This document shows positions 7,086 through 13,084 of a stretch of 15,892 nucleotides of DNA, piece by piece. The DNA is from Polynucleobacter sp. (lineage in GTDB: Bacteria > Pseudomonadota > Gammaproteobacteria > Burkholderiales > Burkholderiaceae). Numbering within the stretch: position 1 is the first letter of the stretch; each line of letters opens with the position of its first letter. The stretch covers positions 1 through 15,892 of the forward strand of contig SSFP01000061.1 in assembly GCA_008015455.1 (NCBI GenBank), given 5' to 3'. The notes under the pieces were generated by a model. It ran no database searches. It was not told the origin of the DNA and was given only the letters and a program-made list of their open reading frames with translations. The translations under genes and the position numbers were made by a program.

Positions 7086-7351
7086 AACACTTAGATCATT
7101 GAGAAATAGATGAAATATATAAGAACTATTAATGAGTGAGCTAAAGCTCACTAGCTCTTCGCTAACGCTCATCGCATTTTTCTTTTTTTATTAATTATGA
7201 TTACCTCTTTCACTAGGGAGCACAAGCCAAGCCCTGTTAAAGGGCTCAACTTATGCTGAACCTTTCACTGAGGTTTTCAACTGATATACACACAACTTGC
7301 TAATGCAAGATAGGTAGGTTTTGCTATCTCCTATTACGTGCCGTCATACGC

Positions 7352-7393
7352 AGCTAATTTACAGTCTATATCAGGAACCTTTGTAAATTAGCT
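7352..7393. repeat. Perfect 12-bp inverted repeat with 18-nt loop
   Basis: The arms are AGCTAATTTACA (7352-7363) and TGTAAATTAGCT (7382-7393). I estimate well under one such repeat would occur by chance in this window. Confidence 0.6.
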
Positions 7394-7820
7394 TGTGGGT
7401 TTGTTTCATTGGCTTTCCCACTCACTTTCAGCCTAGACGAATTATTCAATCATTCGACAATTTAGCCTACATTCACGCATTTTGCTGCGCTACCAACTTA
7501 TACAACATTGCAAACGCTACTGCCACAGAGGGGCGTCGTTTAAAGCATCCAAAACAGCCAGAGTCTTGGGTAGTGCAATGAGGCCAGATAGTAAGAGATC
7601 CGAATTGCATACCGTCACACATCAGAACGGGTTTTGCAGCACTATTACCTTCGGCGTGCCAACCTTTACCTTACTTATATGCTTTTATTTAGCTTGAACA
7701 TAAAAACACCCAAAATTTTTTAGTTTCTGTTCAGGTAGCTAAAAACCGTCATTTTTCGGTTGTCCAGATCGTTTTTCAGATCATATTGTTGTGTTGCCCT
7801 AAATAAAGATGGAGAACACT

Positions 7821-8258
7821 ATGGCAACAATCGACAAACTTAACTTTGTAGCAACTCATAAGCCTATTCATCAGCCACCAGTTGTGCAGCGAAGAAACAA
7901 GCTGTCCAACAAGCTATGGGAACAGATTCAACTGGCTAAAAGTGAGCTAGATAGCAAACCACTGACTATTCACAAGAGAAAAACCGTTAAGGACACTGAA
8001 GGTAACTTAAAGAGTATTACTGTGCCTAAACGCATCAAACCTTGGTGGTTTGTCAGCAATGAAGGCAGGGTATGTATCTCAGTAAGATATGGATCAAAAA
8101 TCATCAGCCTAAAACCTGGCATGCCAAGTATTCAAGTCAACGATACACAAGAATTAATAGAGACACTGGAAATCATCAAAGCTGAAGTAGAAAAAGGTAG
8201 CTTTGATCAAGAAATTGAAGCTGCTAGTGGCGCACTGAAAGCCAACTTCAAGAAATAA
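7821..8258 (+). CDS. Hypothetical protein (145 aa)
   Basis: I preferred the ATG at 7821 over 7809 because GGAG (7811-7814) lies 6 nt upstream. It is the first gene of a plus-strand operon. I cannot name a family with confidence. Confidence 0.72.
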   Translation: MATIDKLNFVATHKPIHQPPVVQRRNKLSNKLWEQIQLAKSELDSKPLTIHKRKTVKDTEGNLKSITVPKRIKPWWFVSNEGRVCISVRYGSKIISLKPGMPSIQVNDTQELIETLEIIKAEVEKGSFDQEIEAASGALKANFKK

Positions 8259-8302
8259 ACCCTTCAAACGAGTCAAAATCGCAAGGTTCTGACTCGTCGA
8301 TA

Positions 8303-8327
8303 AGTATTACTTGAAGTAATACATTTT
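8303..8327 (+). terminator. Hairpin plus T-run (intrinsic terminator-like); a member of the recurring hairpin family
   Basis: The sequence is GTATTACTT-G-AAGTAATAC followed by ATTTTT. It is preceded by a second hairpin, CGAGTCA-N14-TGACTCG (8269-8296). Confidence 0.55.
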
Positions 8328-8348
8328 TACCGATGAGGCATAGCAAAA

Positions 8349-8714
8349 ATGAATCTTTCAAAAACCCATCTTTTGAATCAATTGGAGCAATTTATTGGCA
8401 CAGAGTTTTACTATCCACTCTGGCCTAATGTCATGCTCACGGATGGCACACGATTTTTAGCAGATACAGCTGGCTGCTTCTGGCTCATGGATGCCATTAC
8501 TAGCCACATTCAGAGATTGCCCAATAGAGAAGTCTTTACCAGTTGCCGACTGACCGTCAACAATGGCTCAGCAGTCTTAATTATTGATGATGGCAACAGC
8601 AATATCCTAGCCAGTCAAAAAATATCTTACACAGACTTCCCTTTAGACAGAATTCACTTATACGCCTGCTTTGATGGCAAGCAATGGATCATCATGCTAC
8701 CCAGTGAATACTAA
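8349..8714 (+). CDS. Small conserved mobile-element protein, DUF6876-like (family number from memory)
   Basis: The pattern F.GTE.YY......LTDG..FLADTAG.FWL.DAI.S ... DDGN.......I.YTDFPLD.I.L......I.MLPSEY matches a family I recall from conjugative plasmids and ICEs. Confidence 0.75.
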   Translation: MNLSKTHLLNQLEQFIGTEFYYPLWPNVMLTDGTRFLADTAGCFWLMDAITSHIQRLPNREVFTSCRLTVNNGSAVLIIDDGNSNILASQKISYTDFPLDRIHLYACFDGKQWIIMLPSEY

Positions 8715-8721
8715 ATACTTG

Positions 8722-9060
8722 ATGCGATTTTATGAATTCAAAACACAAAAACCACTCACACCCGATCAGGCAAGAATTAAGGCACTTAAAGATCAGGCGA
8801 CAAGGGCCAGATATGCTATTAAAGCCGAGCGAGCTAGACAAAAGATTAGTGCAGCACAAGCTACTCTTAGCGCCACTGAAAGTATGAGTACAACTTATAG
8901 AGCACAACATAAAAGTAAGAACGCCTATTCCGCTTGGGTAACAATTGGCACTTACGGAAGTTTCAATAGCGCACTCAGCGCTGTATTGCAAAAGAAGAAA
9001 CAAGGCTCCATTGCTGTACAAATACTTGATAGTAAGATGATGGTTGTTTACTCTGCTTAA
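8722..9060 (+). CDS. Hypothetical protein (112 aa)
   Basis: I took the ATG at 8722, 7 nt after the preceding stop, over the 8671 start that would overlap the upstream gene by 44 nt. No motifs are recognised and the SD is weak. Confidence 0.55.
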   Translation: MRFYEFKTQKPLTPDQARIKALKDQATRARYAIKAERARQKISAAQATLSATESMSTTYRAQHKSKNAYSAWVTIGTYGSFNSALSAVLQKKKQGSIAVQILDSKMMVVYSA

Positions 9061-9071
9061 AAGAGGGCTTA

Positions 9072-9728
9072 ATGCCTAAAACCATTATTTTTGATACCGA
9101 AACAACTGGTAAGAATGAACCCAAAATCATCGAAGCTGCCTGGCTAGAACTTGCTAGCATCAAACCCTTTGAAATTACCGATGGGTTTTGTGAAAGATAT
9201 AACCCAGGCAAGCCTATAGAATTAGGTGCGCTAGCCACACATCACATATTGGATGAAGAATTAGCAGACTGTAAACCTACTTCTGAATTTAAATTACCCA
9301 GCGATACGGAATACATCATTGGTCATAACGTCGATTACGACTGGAATGTATCTGGAAATCCTAATGTCAAAAGGATATGTACATTAGCTTTATCGAGAAA
9401 AGTATGGACAAATCTAGACAGCTACAGTCAAAGTGCACTTCTGTATCACCTAGATCGCGAAAATGCCAGAGAACAGCTTAAGCATGCTCATTCAGCACTA
9501 GCAGACGTCGGCATTTGCGCCGTTATCCTAGAAAACATCTGCCATTCTCTAAATATCGAGTCTATCGAACAACTATGGACTACCAGTGAAGCTGCTCGCA
9601 TTCCAACTGTGATGCCTTTTGGCAAACACAAAGGATTGCCTTTAAGTGAGGTACCCAGTGATTACAAAAATTGGTTATTGGGTACTGGAGATTTAGACTC
9701 CTATTTGCGGAAGGCTTTGGAACTTTAA
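9072..9728 (+). CDS. DEDDh 3'-5' exonuclease (DnaQ-like) with C-terminal DUF3820/QSregVF_b-like motif
   Basis: It has Exo I (IIFDTETTG), Exo II (GHNVDYDW) and Exo III (HSALADV). The C-terminal PFGKHKGLPLSEVPSDYKNWLL matches the remembered PFGK.KG.....P..Y..WL motif. The SD AGAGGG lies upstream. Confidence 0.9.
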   Translation: MPKTIIFDTETTGKNEPKIIEAAWLELASIKPFEITDGFCERYNPGKPIELGALATHHILDEELADCKPTSEFKLPSDTEYIIGHNVDYDWNVSGNPNVKRICTLALSRKVWTNLDSYSQSALLYHLDRENAREQLKHAHSALADVGICAVILENICHSLNIESIEQLWTTSEAARIPTVMPFGKHKGLPLSEVPSDYKNWLLGTGDLDSYLRKALEL

Positions 9729-9740
9729 ATACTTGAGCAA

Positions 9741-10781
9741 TTAGCCTAGGTTGCTTTGAGCAGCCTTAATCATTTTTTTTACCTCCAGGCTCTCGTTAAC
9801 AGAGTGAATTGTAATTTGAGGATTTTGTTTTACAAAAACTCGGAATACTTCATCTGCAAATGCCTGACCAATTGACTCAACACCTTTAAAATCTAAAAGA
9901 ACAGTCTTAAAACGATCTACACGATTTAATATTCGTTTTGCTTGGGAGCGTGAAATAAGCTGCCCACCTTCATATAAGGCTAGCTTAACTGGAACAATCG
10001 TTTTATTAAACGCGTAATCCTCATCTTCCGTACCACTAAAACTATCAAATACTTCACGCAGAGTTCTTTGAGAGTTGAGTGCAATTTTCATGACTACCCG
10101 CGTTCCCTTATGGCTCTTTTCATTGTGAAGCAAGAAGTCCATATCCGAACCATCGGCATGTGTAAAGACCAAGTCTCCAGAAAAAATAAAGAATTCATCA
10201 AAAGCGCGAGATGAAAAGAAGATTCCCTGGCCAGTATGATTGCTTGGATCCGTTGTTAGCTTTCCTTTACTCCACTCTAGTATTGATTCGCGTGGATCCT
10301 GCAGCTCTAATAGCCTTGCTATATGGTTAAAAATACCTTCGCCATTATCAGCAATTGAAATTGAAACAAAATCTGGCGTTCTTTCTACATGGATATAAAC
10401 ATCAGTGCCCTCTGAGTGATCAATCGCATTGTTTAAGATCTCAGTAAAACCATAATGACAAATATTGGCAATTTCTTTAGGCAAACCACTAAAGATTTCA
10501 CTAAAATCACGCGAATAAACCTCAGATTCCTCTAACCCTTTTAACTTAAATAAGCCATCATGAAATCGCTTGACTCCTAACTGATAAACCCGTGCTTTCG
10601 TACTACCACTAGAAGCTAAAAACCCATCCCTAACCAAAGCAGCAAAATGCGCATGAATTGCCTGCCTTGTTAAACCAAACTTCTCCATTGCCACATGAGC
10701 TAAATCAGCCTGATTGGCTTTAATACCATCCACTAAGAATTGACGAATCTCTTGGGAGCGCTTTGTATTGGCGAATTTCAT
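9741..10781 (-). CDS. Fusion protein: N-terminal wHTH + GHKL (HATPase_c, RsbW-like) + C-terminal STAS-like/DUF4325-like domain
   Basis: It has the N-box EILNNAIDHS, G1 box DNGEGI and G2 box TGQGIFFSS. The N-terminus is MarR/wHTH-like (FGLTRQAIHAHFAALVRDGFL). The C-terminus, RSQAKRIL...FKTVLLDFKGVESIGQAFADEVFRVF, resembles STAS-like DUF4325 (from memory). Confidence 0.82.
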   Translation of the reverse strand: MKFANTKRSQEIRQFLVDGIKANQADLAHVAMEKFGLTRQAIHAHFAALVRDGFLASSGSTKARVYQLGVKRFHDGLFKLKGLEESEVYSRDFSEIFSGLPKEIANICHYGFTEILNNAIDHSEGTDVYIHVERTPDFVSISIADNGEGIFNHIARLLELQDPRESILEWSKGKLTTDPSNHTGQGIFFSSRAFDEFFIFSGDLVFTHADGSDMDFLLHNEKSHKGTRVVMKIALNSQRTLREVFDSFSGTEDEDYAFNKTIVPVKLALYEGGQLISRSQAKRILNRVDRFKTVLLDFKGVESIGQAFADEVFRVFVKQNPQITIHSVNESLEVKKMIKAAQSNLG

Positions 10782-10790
10782 GTGAATTTT

Positions 10791-10850
10791 TTGTAAAGTT
10801 TTATAAGATTATTGTAAAGTTTTATAAGATTATTGTAAAGTTTTCATCCT
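10791..10850. repeat. 21-bp tandem repeat (2 perfect units plus 1 degenerate) overlapping the GHKL gene promoter
   Basis: TTGTAAAGTTTTATAAGATTA occurs at 10791-10811 and 10812-10832. A third unit begins at 10833 and diverges after 12 nt. On the coding strand, TTGTCA (10861-10856)-N18-TACAAT (10837-10832) places the -10 inside the repeats. Confidence 0.9.
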
Positions 10851-10881
10851 AAGATTGACAAGAAAATCATAAAAATTAGAC

Positions 10882-12234
10882 TCAGACATACTCTATAACC
10901 CTTTTAGCCAGCTTCTTACTAGGGTAATTTTCAGCAGCTTTACTATCCGCCTCGATGAGCTTTCTCGTATTAGTACCGCGTAATTGCTCAATAGCTTGGA
11001 TAACCTGTAAATGGCTATAGTGCTTTTCTATCATCAAAACACTCGTACCCATTTGCTTGGCCAGTGTATGAATAGGCACACTATCGTGAGTCAGCGAAAG
11101 CGTTGCATAGGTGTGACGTAGACTGTAGAAAACACGTTTTTGATTTGTCTTTGGATCTATCAGTAAGCCATGATCAGATAAGAAGTTATCAAACATATGG
11201 TTGAGGACGTCACTTAAATCTCTACCCTCTTTAGTTCTAAAAATATAGTCATCATTGGTAGGCTTAATTAACTCAGCTAGAGGATCTTTAATTGAACTCT
11301 TAACACCATAGTTTCTCAGTGCGATTCGCTCTAGCACTCTGATGCTAGGTAATCGTCCAATAATTTGTCTTTGACCAGTTTTACCTTTAACTGTCATCTC
11401 ACAGCTACGATTAAGACTGTGAACTTCAATAGCTTCACCATCTTCATCTAGCTGATCTGTCACTGTACTAATAGGATTCATCATGAAACGAATTTGCTTC
11501 CATTTCATATCCAATAGTTCAATACCAGGCCTAGCACCAGTATCCAAAAGCATTTCTACATAGTCACGCAGTATTTCTCTACGCTCTCTGATATCTCTGG
11601 TCTTGCCAGCGTCAATGTAAGGGGTCAGATTCCTTAATAAAGCCCTGACTTCATGTAATTCAAAGGCAGGTCTACGTTGAGATTCTTTGGTTTTACCGTC
11701 CAACTTAGGTCGATTGGATTCTGTTAAGTAACCCCTAACAATGGCCTCATCAAATACTCTATTAAATGCGGCATTTTGAGTCTTACGATGGCTATTAGAC
11801 ATAATCGAACCAAACTTAGCTTCACGATCACTGTAGTAATCGTTTAGAGCATCGTAATCAATATTAGTGATCAATCTTTGCCCTAGACTAGGCATGAAAT
11901 GATCTTTGATAATTCGGATGTAATCTTTATAGATAACCTTACCTAGGCCACCACGCATATCGCGTTCCATGCGATCAATAGCCAGCATGGCGATATCTTT
12001 AAAGCGTTTTGTGACCACAGGGATACCTGAACGCTTACGTATTTCAGCTTCTACCAATAGCTCTTTGGCTTTTGCTATGGCCAAATCAAATTTAGTTTCT
12101 TTGGTTGTGGCACGTATCCAGCGATTATCAATTTTGTAGCGACATTGCCATACCTGACTATGCTCACGCTGATACAGGGTTAGATTACGGTGGATTAATT
12201 GATGTGTAGTTTCTTTCTTAGTTGACATACACAT
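10882..12234 (-). CDS. Tyrosine integrase (phage/genomic-island type, 450 aa)
   Basis: The N-terminus is arm-binding-like (W.CRYKI.NRW.R.TT.). The catalytic blocks are LLDTGARPGIE, KGKTGQR, YSLRHTYAT and MIEKHYSH. An alternative start lies at 12228 (MSTKK). Confidence 0.93.
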   Translation of the reverse strand: MCMSTKKETTHQLIHRNLTLYQREHSQVWQCRYKIDNRWIRATTKETKFDLAIAKAKELLVEAEIRKRSGIPVVTKRFKDIAMLAIDRMERDMRGGLGKVIYKDYIRIIKDHFMPSLGQRLITNIDYDALNDYYSDREAKFGSIMSNSHRKTQNAAFNRVFDEAIVRGYLTESNRPKLDGKTKESQRRPAFELHEVRALLRNLTPYIDAGKTRDIRERREILRDYVEMLLDTGARPGIELLDMKWKQIRFMMNPISTVTDQLDEDGEAIEVHSLNRSCEMTVKGKTGQRQIIGRLPSIRVLERIALRNYGVKSSIKDPLAELIKPTNDDYIFRTKEGRDLSDVLNHMFDNFLSDHGLLIDPKTNQKRVFYSLRHTYATLSLTHDSVPIHTLAKQMGTSVLMIEKHYSHLQVIQAIEQLRGTNTRKLIEADSKAAENYPSKKLAKRVIEYV

Positions 12235-12292
12235 AATTTAGCTTCAGAGCCACATTAAGAGCAACCGAACTGGCAAGAAAACCAGTGTTAAT

Positions 12293-12314
12293 TTAGCCAA
12301 AAACTTGTGGCTAA
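12293..12314. repeat. Right copy of the 12-bp direct repeat inside a 7-8-7 dyad (candidate attR core)
   Basis: The dyad is TTAGCCA-AAAACTTG-TGGCTAA, and AGCCAAAAACTT (12295-12306) is identical to 2514-2525. It lies about 60 nt upstream of the integrase start. Confidence 0.4.
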
Positions 12315-12357
12315 GATTGGGGGTGGTATTGGAGGATTTGTGGAAGAAGTGTGGGGA

Positions 12358-12384
12358 GTGAGCGTTGCTTCAAGTAACACTTAG
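12358..12384 (-). repeat. Stop-codon-anchored hairpin element, copy 2
   Basis: The minus strand reads TAA-GTGTTACTT-G-AAGCAACGC-TCAC, followed by a C-rich, G-poor tract (TCCCCACACTTCTTCCACAAATCCTCCAATACCACCCCC). It starts at the stop of the 208-aa gene. Confidence 0.7.
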
Positions 12385-13007
12385 CCCGAACCTTTTTTAA
12401 CAAACAACTCCAACTCATAGAGTTTTTGTATAGCCAACTGACTAAGATCATTTCTGCCAGATACCTGAACTATCTGGATAAAAGCCAGCAATGCAAACAT
12501 CTGCCCCATTCTTAAAACCTCAATAATCTCTTCATCCAAGTAGTTTGGATCTATGGCATTACCTTTAACCCTTCTAGCAATCTGATGAATACCCCCATGG
12601 GTATAACTATTCATAGCAGCCCAAGCTTGTTTCTTTAGATCTGAGAGAGTTCCACTCTTGAAAGCAGGTAATCCTTCAACTTTCGAAAGAATCAAATCAA
12701 AGTTTCTAGCATATTCATCTCGTTCAAAAGCAGCCAATTCCTCATCAGAAGCACAATCTTTTAACCATACAGCCCTAACAAATGTTTCAAAGATTGAACG
12801 CACTAGAGCAAAGCCAGATCCATAGGCTCGCTTCTCGATTGCGCCAGTAATACCCGTGAAATAGTCGAGAACAACATCAAAAGCTGAGATTGCCAGTAAA
12901 AGTCTTCTGGTTTTAGGTAGCGGCACCCCATCCAAATGAACAAAGATCCATGTATGCAGATCCCGAGATTCTTGAAGAGTTTGTTCTAGCGTTGGATTTG
13001 TACTCAT
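12381..13007 (-). CDS. Hypothetical all-helical protein (208 aa)
   Basis: This is a clean ORF with a helix-prone sequence. No Rx4-6H HEPN motif was found and I cannot name a family. It has no clear SD and lies 72 nt downstream of the MBL gene. Confidence 0.65.
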   Translation of the reverse strand: MSTNPTLEQTLQESRDLHTWIFVHLDGVPLPKTRRLLLAISAFDVVLDYFTGITGAIEKRAYGSGFALVRSIFETFVRAVWLKDCASDEELAAFERDEYARNFDLILSKVEGLPAFKSGTLSDLKKQAWAAMNSYTHGGIHQIARRVKGNAIDPNYLDEEIIEVLRMGQMFALLAFIQIVQVSGRNDLSQLAIQKLYELELFVKKGSG

Positions 13008-13057
13008 ATCATCAGTTTAGGCTCAAACAACCTAATTGGATGAATTACTGGGAGGGG

Positions 13058-13084
13058 TGAGCGTTACTTAAAGTAACGCTTAAG
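13058..13084 (-). repeat. Stop-codon-anchored hairpin element, copy 1
   Basis: The minus strand reads TAA-GCGTTACTT-T-AAGTAACGC-TCAC-CCCTCCC. It starts at the stop of the MBL gene, in the same register as copy 2. Confidence 0.7.

Noticed and set aside
7132-7194. A 20-codon ORF (MSELKLTSSSLTLIAFFFFY) was considered as a type I toxin-like peptide.
   Set aside because: It has no SD. The reading frame coincides with a hairpin plus T-run, which explains the hydrophobic FFFF tail as a by-product. It is shorter than typical type I toxins.
7393-7697. Two overlapping ORFs (62 aa at 7393-7581 and 71 aa at 7482-7697) in the long spacer.
   Set aside because: They overlap each other in different frames, have no SD and show no recognisable motifs. 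The region is full of stem-forming repeats, so I regard it as non-coding.
6911-7760. An 8-bp inverted repeat, ACCGAAAA (6911-6918) / TTTTCGGT (7753-7760), was considered as alternative inverton boundaries spanning the whole spacer.
   Set aside because: By my rough estimate, several 8-mer inverted repeats are expected by chance in a ~1-kb spacer. There is no extended flank similarity.
8671-8721. An upstream start at 8671 for the 129-aa version of the third operon gene.
   Set aside because: It would overlap the preceding gene by 44 nt and add a Ser/Cys-rich N-terminus with no start context. The ATG at 8722, 7 nt after the upstream stop, is more parsimonious, though still weakly supported.
10791-10850. 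The 21-bp tandem repeats were considered as a mini CRISPR array.
   Set aside because: The units are directly adjacent with no spacers, only about 2.5 copies are present, and they overlap a promoter. There are no cas genes in the window.
12358-13084. The stop-codon-anchored hairpins were considered as integron attC sites, which would imply a cassette array.
   Set aside because: The arms do not fit the RYYYAAC / GTTRRRY core motifs. The elements are only about 25 nt, with no R''-L''/L'-R' double structure or extrahelical bases. No IntI-type integrase with the characteristic insertion is present.
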